This document shows positions 1-10,461 of a DNA stretch of 64,000 bases, piece after piece. Source of the DNA: Eledone cirrhosa. Its lineage: Eukaryota. A model generated the notes under the pieces. It did no database searches. It saw only the letters and a list, made by a program, of their open reading frames with translations, and was not told the origin of the DNA. The stretch spans positions 19,840,001-19,904,000 of the forward strand of contig OZ024744.1 in assembly GCA_964016885.1 (NCBI GenBank), in the 5' to 3' direction. The stretch's first letter is position 1. The number at the start of each line of letters is the position of its first letter. Made by a program: the position numbers and the translations under genes.

Positions 1-222
1 TATTATTATTGGCGACCTACGTAGTAAGTCGTATCATCGTGAGCTCCGCAAAGGTTTGTTATTTTCAGTTGTTTAAATTTGCCATTTATGGAAAATTTTT
101 ATTAACTATATATAAGTGCACATACATTGTGTTCTGAAAAGGACGTTCAAAAATATTGGGGCCTTGAGCCCAAAATTTAAACTTTTTATAATTATCAAAC
201 AAAAATTTTTCTTTGAAAAATC

Positions 223-2137
223 ATGGATGACTCAGAATCACTCCTACCTCACACCGACACCACCATCGTAAATATTGCTACGTTTGCCAACACTGGAAAT
301 GTAAGCAGTAGCAATATTTTTAATTTGTCTCAGGCAGACGTTCATTTCCCGCCATTACCAATGACTGCAGATGTTAAAGCCGCCACCACCCCCACGACCA
401 CCACAGCGACAACAGAAACAAAAGAAAAAATAAATTAACTCGTGATATCGAAATGAATTCAACCAAAGTGAACTCTTCCACACCGAACACAACTGACGCC
501 ACCACCACCACAACTGAAACTAAAATTAACAATAACAAAAATAACGATAACAACAACAGCAACAATGACATTAAGAAAACCATCCTGAGTTTTGCCAGAG
601 TAGCAAAAAGGTGCGAAGCATTCCAGGTAACTCAGGAGGAATTAGACGAAACCAATGGAATGGTAAAGAAAGATGGGTACAGGGTCAGCCTCCCCCCACC
701 ACCTAATAAAATGGAGCAACGTCGCCTATGCACCGTGTCTTATCGTACAATTAACGTAAAATCGCTCCGAGTGGAATGAGCATCCGAGTCCCAAATCCAA
801 AAAGCTTTGGGACATGTGTGGGCAAAAAGAAGCCACATCAGACGTGGGCAGAAATATGGAACCGTGGACGTGTTCTTTGAAACACCACAGGAGGTTAGAG
901 AACACTCCATGGCCCCATTAAAAAGTGACGATTTCACACTCGTCCCAAGCTATTGTTGCCAGAGACTTGTGAAGATCAGGGTGACTCACGTTCCACCGGC
1001 CATCGAAATTCCCTGGCTAATGGCTGCCATCCTCGCCGGCAACGAGGCCAACACCAAGATAATTGAAATAGCGAAAGAAAAGCAGGAGAACTGGTCCGGA
1101 TCTAGGATGGAGCTCCTGATCCAAGCGGACAATAAAAGCATTGAGGAGATCCCAGAGGTAATAGACCTCACTGACGGCAGCCACCTCACCGTAATCGTCG
1201 AGGGCAGAAGACCTAGGTGTGTCGTTTGTGGTGAAGGAACCCACCTAAGGGCTGTCTACCCTCAGGCTAAAGGGTTGAGGCCACCTCTCTTACCCACCCC
1301 AGTGACTCAATCATCAACACCACCAGCAGCAGAAATGGCAGCAACAACTGTAGCAGCAACAACAGAAGCAACTGTAACAGCAACAACCCCAAAAAGTAGC
1401 AAAACCAACACCACCACCACCCAACGCGCCATAACTAGCACCAGTGTCTTCACCATCCACCACGCCACAACCAAAACCAACGACTGTGGAGGATTTTCCA
1501 CTCCCCGGCTTATCGCAACTGGAGACAGATTGTGACGACGAGGAGTGGGAAACGGTATCAGGAAAAAAGAAAAAAAAGAAACCAAAAAAAGAAAAAAATT
1601 ATCTTCCTTCCCCCTCCAAAAACAAAATATAGAGGGAAACAAATAAATTATCAAAAAAAAAGTTAGGACAGATATGCCACCATCCACACCAGCATCACCA
1701 ACCCCATCACCACAAACACCAACACCATCACCATCATTAACCCCAACACCACCATCACCTACACCACAAAAGTCATCAAAATGCGAAACAGAAACAAACC
1801 CACAACAAACGCAAACAAAACAAAACAACCAAAACGATACACACTACACAGCATTAAATTTGAACAACAAGCAATTATTACACTACATCCAACACAACAC
1901 CAGTATCACAGAAAAAGACTACACAACAACCCCAAAGTTAACACCAACTCCACACATACAAATCACTCGCATCACACAGAAAACGTACATGACACTAGAA
2001 AAAAAAAATTCCCCAAAGACATCGGAGACTTCCGACAAGCACTCTCCACGAGGATTTATAAGGACATCCTTCCTGAGGAGGCCACAAGCAGTGAAAAGGA
2101 TGGAAAAACCGTCCTTCCCCTACGAGAAGTAAGGTAA
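223..2137 (+). pseudogene. Frameshifted/stop-disrupted ORF1 (RNA-binding/gag-like) of Tx1 copy 1
   Basis: Fragments 223-438, 453-779, 807-1535, 1444-1632, 1674-2132 and 1781-2137 are collinear with the intact ORF1 at 27534-29630 (e.g. CTVSYRT/CTVTYRT, LVPSYC, VEGRRPRC/VEGKRPKC). Confidence 0.85.
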
Positions 2138-2171
2138 GTGGTCTTTCCCAACTTTTCCACTCCTTTTCAAC

Positions 2172-5100
2172 ATGACCTCACTCAGAATAGGCAGCTTAAA
2201 TGCGCGTGGCTTGGGGTCGTCATGGAAGCAGGGCCACCTGCTCAACGACCTCAGGTCACTAAACATAGATGTAGTGGCCATCAGCGAGACCAGAATCTCC
2301 GAAGCACAGGCTTTCGCACCGATCTTCGGCGGCTACGATGTGTACGCATCTCCCAGCCGTCCGGGATCGGGGGGACGAGTTGCTGTGCTTTTTCGGAGAG
2401 TTTTGGATCTTGCCATACGGGCCATCTTCCTGGACCCAGAAGGTAAGTTGGTGGTGGTGGACGTGACCAGCGGAGACGGGCAGGCTTTCAGGTTAGTGGC
2501 CGTCTATGTCCCGACAGGAGCAGGGTGGCCTGATTTCTTCCGGCGTCTGGAGACCTTTCTTTGAACGTCCCGCTCTTTAGTGTTAGTGGGCGACTGGAAC
2601 GGGATCTTAGATGCACGCTGGGATTGTGTGGGATTAGTGGATAGGGAAGGAGGGTGCAAGAGTCTCACCAGCCTGCTCAGACGTTTTGAACTGTCTGACA
2701 TGTACCGAATGGATTTCCCGAATGTACCAATGTGGACTTGGACAAATCGCATAGGGTCATCTAGATCATATCTAGATAGAGTATTTTGTAGGGAAATAGA
2801 TAGGTCTAGCATAGGCTGTCCACAATTCAAGATAGTCAGCTACACGGATCACAAATTCGTGATCTGTGTGCTTGACTTAGATAGGCTTCATAGACGAAAG
2901 CCCCGGCTACTGGAAGTTAAACGCGTCCTTACCAGCGTGCAAGGCCTACAGAGACCGGATTAGCGAACTAGTTAAGCGGGCGTTGACGGGGGCCATCGTC
3001 AACAACAAGTGGTGGTTTGTTCTGAAAAGAGCAATTAGAATAGAGTCCATTAGTTTTAGTAAGACTTTAGCAATAGAGAAAAATAGAGCAGAGGGAGAAC
3101 TAGTTAGAAAATTAGATGAGGTGCTTAGCAAAGGCATCGAGATCGACGTACTTTCGGCGAAATTGGCTCTTGACCAATTCTTCAATGCAAAGCACGAAGG
3201 CTGCGTTGTCAGAGCTAGGGTGCGTGCTCTCAGACACGAGGGGACGAAAGCCGTTCAATGGGACTGAGTGGCGGAGGCGCGTCGTGGCAACAAAGCCACG
3301 ATCCGGTCTTTGGTGGACCACGACGGGCGCATGATACTCGATCCCGGGCAAATGTGTGAAGCTTTTCAGCGACACTTCGCTCAACTGTCCGGGGGCAGTG
3401 GAGGGCCGGATCGAGGGATGGACTTTAGTGTCTACCGCGACGGACTGCCGCGGCTTTCGGCCACTGAGGCGGAGTGTTGCGAAAAGCCGATAACAACCGC
3501 TGAAGTACGGGATGCAATGACTAGTTGCACACGGGGTAAATCGCCTGGTTTAGATGGTCTACCCTATAAACTTTACGTACAAATGCCAGACTTGTTCGGA
3601 GGCCTCTTGGTGGACGTCTACTGCAACTGGCAACAGAACGGGAGAATTCCCAGCTCTGTGAGCCGAGGATGGTGGCGCTATTGAGAAAGGATCCGAACAA
3701 GGGGGATAACATAGATAATGTTAGGCCCATAACTCTGCTAAACACAGAGTTCAAGATTTGGGCCAAGGTGCTAGCAAAGAGGCAGGCGCTTGTCGTTGGT
3801 GGTCTGGTGGGAGAGGCACAGACATGCGCCATTCCCGACAGATCCATCCACGACAACCTCTACCTCATGCGATACATCGTAGAGAGGGTAGCTAGGGAAC
3901 CTGGCACGGGTGGGTCTTTGATCAATTTAGATCAGTCGAAAGCCTTCGATAGGGTCGACCATCGTTACCTAGCGGCAGTCCTGAAGGCGGCTGGCTTTGG
4001 GCCCGTCTTCAGAGGCTGGATCGCTGCCATGCACAGCGACATCTGCTCTGTAGTGAGAGTGAACGGTCACCTTTCGAAACCGTTCAACATCATGCGCTCG
4101 GTCCGCCAAGGATGTCCCCTCTCGTCCCTATTGTACGTATTGACTCTCGAGCCATTACTGCACAAACAAGAGACGTTGAGGGGGGTCCCGCGCGAACTAG
4201 GATGCGGAAGATCCGTGTCAGCATATGCCGACGATGTCACCGTAGTGGTTTCGAACGCCAAACACATCGAGGCGATCGGCACTACACTAAGAGAATACGA
4301 AGCGGTGACAGGAGCAATGATCAACCAGGAAAAGTTAGTGGGCCTGCAGCTCGGCACCTTGAGAGGCAGGTCCATGCCGTCCAACAGCGTCGTCGGGCGC
4401 TGGACGGACGGACCGGTTAAATTGCTAGGGGTATGGTTCGGTCCAGACCTCCAGACGGACAAAAACTGGGACGAGGTGACGAGCAGGGTGGCTTCTCTCA
4501 CCCAGAAATGGGCCGAGAGGAAGCTATCCCTGAAAGGTCGAGCGGAGGTGGCGAATGCGTACGTCGCATCCGTCATCTACTACCGCCTGACCGTCGTACC
4601 TTGTCCTAAGCCCCGCCTGACTGCGCTGGAGCGTTTGCTCTTTCGCTTCTTGTGGAAGGGACGCGCTCCGATGGTCAGGCGGTTCATATGCTGTCAACAC
4701 CCGCTACGTGGAGGGCTGGGCATGCCGTGGCTGATGATGCGTAGACACGCACTCAGGCTACGACATCTCCACCTCTTCCTCGACGGTGATCAGGTGTGGT
4801 CACCGTTTGCTAGACACGTTTTTCCCCAGCTCGTCTCCTTGACGGAGCTGCAGTCCTGGGTCAAGCGAAGACCGAGAGGGAGAGCTTGGAGACTGGAATG
4901 TCTTCAGGCGCTCACAGCCCTCGACCAATCGGGCAATGTGATCGGTGGAAACTCCACCTTGGCGTTCTATAGGGGATTAGTGGAGGGGAAGAGCGACGAC
5001 GTACTTGGAGAAACTCTCGGCGTCGACGAAAATCAACTAGCCAATCTCTTCGGAAGGACTTTCGGGCCGGGGCCTATGGACAACTTCCAGAAATCCCTGG

Positions 5101-5591
5101 CCTGGCAGTGCTACCGGGGAGCTTTGCCAGTTCGGGATAAACTCTACAGGCATGGAGGTGCCGTCAGCCGAGCATGTCCGAGATGCGCGCAGGGCGACGA
5201 AACCGTCCTGCACGCACTCGTCCAGTGTCCGAGCATTGGTGACTTGTGGGTTTATGTCGAACACCTGCTGTCACGTGTAGGACGGATCCGGCTATCATCT
5301 GAGTCCATCGTGTGGATTGCCCCGCCCCCTTCATTTAGCCGGGAAGGGCAGGCAGTTTTTATCTATCTGGTGGCCATGGCGAAAGAGATAGTATGGTGGA
5401 CACGTTTGAAAGGGCTGAAGACGAGCACTTACCACTTCGGAGATGCTCTGATTAACTTTTTCAAATTTCATTTGAAAAGGAGAATTAGGGTAAAGAGGGA
5501 AATGCTCTCTTCCCAGCATTTTGTTGAAAGATGGGTGAGAGAAACAACTATTGCCCGAATGAATGGGCCTTCTCTGAGTATGTGTCTGTAA
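2172..5591 (+). pseudogene. Disrupted ORF2 (APE endonuclease + reverse transcriptase) of Tx1 copy 1
   Basis: Near-identical to the intact 1139-aa ORF at 29665-33084, but broken by stops (2562-2564, 3265-3267) and frameshifts. Confidence 0.93.
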
Positions 5592-5831
5592 ATTAAGGGA
5601 GGAAAACTGGGAGAGGGCACTTGCTCTGGAGGTCAGGGTCACTGTGGTCTTTTAATGGGCTTTCTCCACAAATGTCCCTCGGAAGTCTCCCCCCTATTGG
5701 GGAATTTTTCTTTGTTATTTTATTTCGTCCTCTGTTTTTTACACGCAGAAATGCCCATTTGTACCGTCCTGTATGTCCTGTACTGTCCTTAACGTCTACT
5801 TTATGTAAACCCTTGTGGTTAATAAAGAAAA

Positions 5832-5832
<1 letters not shown>

Positions 5833-5865
<33 letters not shown>

Positions 5866-5877
5866 GTTATTGTTATT
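5833..5877 (+). repeat. (TTA)n linker; similar tracts at ~10427-10461, 14255-14347, 15529-15593, 20340-20391, 20977-20997, 22981-23025, 24837-24881, 27287-27317, 33335-33408
   Basis: Directly visible trinucleotide repeats separating every element in the 1-33.4 kb stack. Confidence 0.97.
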
Positions 5878-8800
5878 CCTTGAATCTCAGTCATTGATGT
5901 TGGTTAACTGGAAAGTCCGTTGGATTGAATATCAAGCCACTACCTGCAGCCTCAGATATTCAGGACGTATCGGAGGGTTCTTGCTGTTCCAAGCAAGCAT
6001 GCCTTTTGAAGCGTTCCAAAAAGCGTGAAGGGGCCGATTTTCTTTAACCATCCCTGGAAACCTTTGGAGATAGTCCCCAGTGCGCCTATGACAATCGGGA
6101 TCACTTTGACTTCATGGCAGTTCCAAATCCTTTTCACCTCCCACTTTAGGTCCTGGTATCGGTTAATTTTCTCCCTCTCCTTCTCTTGCACTCTCGTGTC
6201 GAACGGGCAGGCCACATCCACAATCAGGCACGATCTTTTTTCTTTGTCCACAACCACCAGGTCAGGTCTATTGTGTTCCAGTTTTGTGTCCGTCTGTATC
6301 CTAAAATCCCACAGCACCTTCACCTGACTGTTCTCCATCACCGCCTCTGGCTTATGCTCATACCATTTCTCAGAATGTGGTAGATTGTTTACTTTGCACA
6401 GGTGCCAGTGGATCACCCTGCCCATCACATCTTGTCTCCAGCCCTTATAGTGGGTCTGGGCTAGGTGTTTACAGTCGGACACAATGTGAGCCACAGTCTC
6501 CTCTCTCTCTCCACAGATCCTGCACAGTGTGCTAGCCTCCTCCTTGTAGATATGGTGCTTCAACCACTTCGTTTTGAGGGCCTGCTCCTGCGCAGCCATT
6601 AGCATTCCTTCTGTAGCCTTTTTGAGGTCTCCTCTTCTCAACCAGTTCCATGTCTGTGGATCTCTAAATTCAGTTTTCTCAAAGAAGGTACTATGAAGGG
6701 ATTTTCCCTTAAGGCTGCTCTTCCTCCTTGATGTTATTTCCTCCTTGGACATCCCCTGGCCTACTGTCCCCTCCTTCAGTACAGTTCTGAGCATTGGCTC
6801 CTTACTATAGGTCACGTATTTGTATAGGTTGTTTTTCTCCATCTGAACACAGTCCTCTATGCTGATAAGACCTCTTCCACCCTCAGATCTCCTTAGGTAG
6901 AGTCTATCGACATCACTCCTCTTGTGGAACATGTTGTAGATAGTCAATAGCTTCCTAGTCTTCCTATCCATTTCTTTTTGTTCAGCAACATTCCATCTCA
7001 GAATTCCCGCACTGTACCTAATAATAGACACAGCTCGGGAATTTACTGCGCTTATGGCATTTCTGCTGTTCAGATGTGACTTCAATACGCTCCTTACTCT
7101 CCGAATGTATTCAGTTCTTAACAATTCCTTCATTTTTTTGTTCTTTATGCCATCAGCCTCCAGAACGCCCAAATACTTGTATCCTTCCTCAGAGTCAATT
7201 TCCTTTATCATCTCACCTGTTGGTATCTGGATCCCGTTACTTCTGCTCAACCTACCCCTCTTCATCACAATGACTCCACATTTACCAATACCAAACTGCA
7301 TACATATATCACTGCTGAAAATACGGACAGTGTCAACAAGCACATCCAACTCCTTCTCACTTTTCCCGAAGAGCTTAAGATCGTCCATGAAGAGGAGGTG
7401 ATTGATGGTAAGCTCTCCCCTTCCCAACTTGTATCCTGCTCTCACTTTTCGCAGCATAATGGTCAAGGGCATCAGGGCAAGGACAAAAAACAGAGGGGAC
7501 AGGCTATCTCCCTGGAAGATACCTCTCTTGATCTTCACGCTTCCCAAGGATACTCCAGTTGATGTCAACTCTGTCTCCCAGGACCCCATACTCCTGCCCA
7601 GCAACTGTCTGATGTTATCTGCCACCCTGAAGACCTCCAGGCTTTTGGTGATCCAGGAATGAGGCACCATGTCAAATGCCTTTCTGTAGTCTATCCATCC
7701 CATGGCAAGATCAGTGTGTCTCCTCCTGCAATTCCCCATTACCATCTTATCAATAAGCAACTGGTCCTTTGTACCACGTGACTTCTTTCGGCATCCTTTC
7801 TGTTCGTCCGGTAACAAGTTGTTTGTGTGGAGGTGATGGTAGATTTCCTCAGACACAATGCTCGTCAACAGTTTCCACATTACGGGCAGACATGTGATAG
7901 GTCTATAGTTGGTAACATCATTACCCTTGATTCGGTCTTTCATTATCAGAACTGTGGTACCTTTTGTCAACCACTCTGGCACCTCACCCGACACCAAGCA
8001 GTCATTGAACATGGCCGTCAGCTTCGGGTGGAGGGATGTTAAATGTTTAATCCAATACTCCTGCACACCATCTGGGCCTGGTGATTTCCAGTTGGTTAGT
8101 TTTTTGGCTTGCCCCTTAAGAGTTTCAACTGTGATACTCAAATCAGTCTGTTGTTGTGCCTTCTCACCGATCTCCCTCTGTACTGTCTCAATCCACCCTG
8201 CCTGGGCATTGTGTCTAACATCCTGCTCCCATATTCCTCTCCAGAATGTTTTAGCTTGTTCCGCCCCAGGGATCAAGTCGTTGCCTCTTTCTTTCCCCTC
8301 AAGCTGTCCAAACAGCATCTTCTGGTTGTTGTCGAACATGTGGTTCTGTTTATACTGACTGACTCTGTTCTCGTATCGCCTGATTTTGGCACTCTTTGCT
8401 ACAATGCGTTGCTTCAATTCCTCTATGATAATATTTAGCTTTTTACTCCTAGTTTTGTATTTTATTTCCAGTCTATTTTTAGTGCCTATGTTTTTTAGTG
8501 TCCCATTCAGTAGTGACTCAAGCTTTCCTATGTCATTTCTCATTTCCCCGATTTGCCCACTCAGTCGCTTCTTCCACCACGGCTCTGCTCTTTCTTGTCT
8601 GTTGTTTCCTCTCGCTTTTATACCAAGTAGTTTCCTCACCGTATTTGCTGTTGCTTTGAGGATATTGTTGCACTGGTGAAGACTCCTCGCCTCAAGGTAT
8701 GGGATGACTTTGTTTACCCTAGCTGTTGTTTCTTTTAACTTTTTCCTGTCTACAAATCTTAGGTTCATAGGTCTCCCACTATCATTGTTCAATTCATCTA

Positions 8801-10426
8801 CCACTAGATTTAGGATGTCAACCGAATCTTGTCCTAGCCCGTCAGCATTCATCTCCTCAGTGGCCGTATCTCTGTTCCAGGTATTATTTATCTCAGTATT
8901 CAGATCATTGTCTGCTTCGGGTGGTTCCTCCGTTCTCAGGACCTCCTCACCTTCATTTCCCACCGGCTCGCTTGTCTGGCATACTACACCCTCCATCTCC
9001 AAGCTAATCTCCCTGCTCAGTTCCTCCAGTTCCAGCTCGCTTATCCACCCATTAGTTCTTATTACCCGAGCCTGCCCGGCCAATTTTTGTTCATCTAATT
9101 TAAATAAACCAATCTCGTTCCAGATGTTATGCATCCGTCTCCTGTAGCCCCTCTCCTTGGGGTTACTTTTCAGGTAGCATTGCATAACAGTTCTATTCAA
9201 TTCTTTCGTCCAGTTGGTTCTGGCCCCTTTCCTTCTTCTTCTTCCTCCAACATCAGCAGTATTTGGTTGACAGTCAGGTTCCTGCTGCTGAGCCAGGGGG
9301 CACCTGTTGGGTGAGAGTCTGTCACATGACGTTCTAGTCTCCATTTCACCGTTATTCGAACTGTTTATGTTCGATATTTAAACACTCTTATCGAGGATTG
9401 GCGAATGTATGTTTACATAGCCATCTGTGGATCCGCCATCCCACTTGGCCCTTGTGTGGCATTGTCACCACGCTGTATACGAACACACATAAACAGACAA
9501 ACACACGGGCAGAAAGGGCCCCAAAAATGAATAAGCATAGGTTTCATTGTAATGTAGTATTCGAATGTCTGACTTAGTTTTTGTTTTTTAAGTTTTACTT
9601 TTTCCCCCCTCTTCTCTGTCCGTCCGCCTGCTTCTCTCTTCATTCTTATTTTCTTTACGTTTTTGGGGTTTCTTTTTTTGTTTTTATTTTTCTCTGTTTG
9701 TTTTTCTCGTTTTTTGCTGTTGTTGCTGTGCTGCTTTGGTTTTGTTGTTTGTTTTTTCTTTTTTCTTTTGAGTCTATCTATATATTTTGATGCCATCCTC
9801 TTTGTTAGTAGTAGGGATTCTATAATGTGGGAGTAGTAGCAGCCAGCAGGGAGAAGTGGGAGAGGGCGGCGTTGGCGATACTGAGACAGTGGTGGTGGTG
9901 ATGTCGATACCGAGGCAGTGGTGGCGGTGATGCGACCGTATTACTGTAGTGATGGTGCTGTAGCGGTGGCAGCAGCAGTGAAGGAGTCAAGGGGTGGTGG
10001 CGGCGGTGATGGGATAGTGGTGGTAATGATGGCCGTAGTGAGCGGTGGCGGTGAAGGTGAAAATGCTGTTGTGTTTAGTGTACACAGATGATGGGGTGGG
10101 TGGTGTATCTAGTTTCTGGTGTTGGTGAGTTTAGCTGTCCTATATAGTGTAGCCAGAGGAGAGGAGGGGGGGGGTTCTTCTTCTTCCATTTATAGCCATT
10201 TTTTGGGGGGATATACAGTGTACAATACAAAGTTGAATATTTGAATATTTGAGCCTTATAACAATATATTTTGGCTCCGAATTTTTTTGGGCTCAAGCCG
10301 GGTGCTTTACGTAGCATTTGTACTAAGAGTTGTTATTTCACAAATGATTTAAATATGTTAAAAGTTCAAAACTTACGGGAGCGATTTCATGACCTCCGTC
10401 ACCTCGTGCGTCTTCTTCCCTGTAGT
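5878..10426 (-). mobile_element. R4/Dong-clade non-LTR retrotransposon, family A copy A1 (longest 5' end, probably full length)
   Basis: Single long ORF, ~75-nt 3'UTR running into (TAA)n, ~1.08-kb 5' leader. Insertion in TAA repeats is the known habit of Dong elements. Confidence 0.92.
5952..9344 (-). CDS. Dong/R4-type polyprotein, 1130 aa: Myb-like N-terminus, reverse transcriptase, CCHC knuckle, restriction-like (PD-D/ExK) endonuclease
   Basis: WTKELNRTVMQCY...EQKLAGQARVI; KSPGPD; YRPITCL; DYRKAFD; QGDSLSP; FMDDLKL; YKYLG; CRICGEREETVAHIVSDC; RPDLVV..IVDVACPFD..EKINRYQDL. Frame is uninterrupted. Confidence 0.95.
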   Translation of the reverse strand: METRTSCDRLSPNRCPLAQQQEPDCQPNTADVGGRRRRKGARTNWTKELNRTVMQCYLKSNPKERGYRRRMHNIWNEIGLFKLDEQKLAGQARVIRTNGWISELELEELSREISLEMEGVVCQTSEPVGNEGEEVLRTEEPPEADNDLNTEINNTWNRDTATEEMNADGLGQDSVDILNLVVDELNNDSGRPMNLRFVDRKKLKETTARVNKVIPYLEARSLHQCNNILKATANTVRKLLGIKARGNNRQERAEPWWKKRLSGQIGEMRNDIGKLESLLNGTLKNIGTKNRLEIKYKTRSKKLNIIIEELKQRIVAKSAKIRRYENRVSQYKQNHMFDNNQKMLFGQLEGKERGNDLIPGAEQAKTFWRGIWEQDVRHNAQAGWIETVQREIGEKAQQQTDLSITVETLKGQAKKLTNWKSPGPDGVQEYWIKHLTSLHPKLTAMFNDCLVSGEVPEWLTKGTTVLIMKDRIKGNDVTNYRPITCLPVMWKLLTSIVSEEIYHHLHTNNLLPDEQKGCRKKSRGTKDQLLIDKMVMGNCRRRHTDLAMGWIDYRKAFDMVPHSWITKSLEVFRVADNIRQLLGRSMGSWETELTSTGVSLGSVKIKRGIFQGDSLSPLFFVLALMPLTIMLRKVRAGYKLGRGELTINHLLFMDDLKLFGKSEKELDVLVDTVRIFSSDICMQFGIGKCGVIVMKRGRLSRSNGIQIPTGEMIKEIDSEEGYKYLGVLEADGIKNKKMKELLRTEYIRRVRSVLKSHLNSRNAISAVNSRAVSIIRYSAGILRWNVAEQKEMDRKTRKLLTIYNMFHKRSDVDRLYLRRSEGGRGLISIEDCVQMEKNNLYKYVTYSKEPMLRTVLKEGTVGQGMSKEEITSRRKSSLKGKSLHSTFFEKTEFRDPQTWNWLRRGDLKKATEGMLMAAQEQALKTKWLKHHIYKEEASTLCRICGEREETVAHIVSDCKHLAQTHYKGWRQDVMGRVIHWHLCKVNNLPHSEKWYEHKPEAVMENSQVKVLWDFRIQTDTKLEHNRPDLVVVDKEKRSCLIVDVACPFDTRVQEKEREKINRYQDLKWEVKRIWNCHEVKVIPIVIGALGTISKGFQGWLKKIGPFTLFGTLQKACLLGTARTLRYVLNI

Positions 10427-10461
10427 TTATTATTATTATTATTATTATTGCCATCGTTATT

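Larger units (their letters stand above)
11..5832 (+). mobile_element. Tx1/L1-clade non-LTR retrotransposon copy 1 (near full length, both ORFs disrupted), inserted in (TTA)n
   Basis: Two-ORF layout. ORF1 pieces (223-2137) carry a knuckle remnant CVVCGEGTHLRAVY. ORF2 pieces (2172-5591) carry APE motifs (SLNARG, AISETR, GDWN, YLDRV, TDH), RT motifs (DQSKAFDRV, RQGCPLS, AYADD) and a C-terminal CPRC..H...C. Ends in AATAAAGAAA then (TTA)n; preceded by TATTATTATT. Confidence 0.93.

Noticed and set aside
6025-9314. Many plus-strand ORFs (60-150 aa) repeated in each Dong copy
   Set aside because: Antisense shadows of the RT ORF; they recur only because the element is repeated and show no recognisable motifs.
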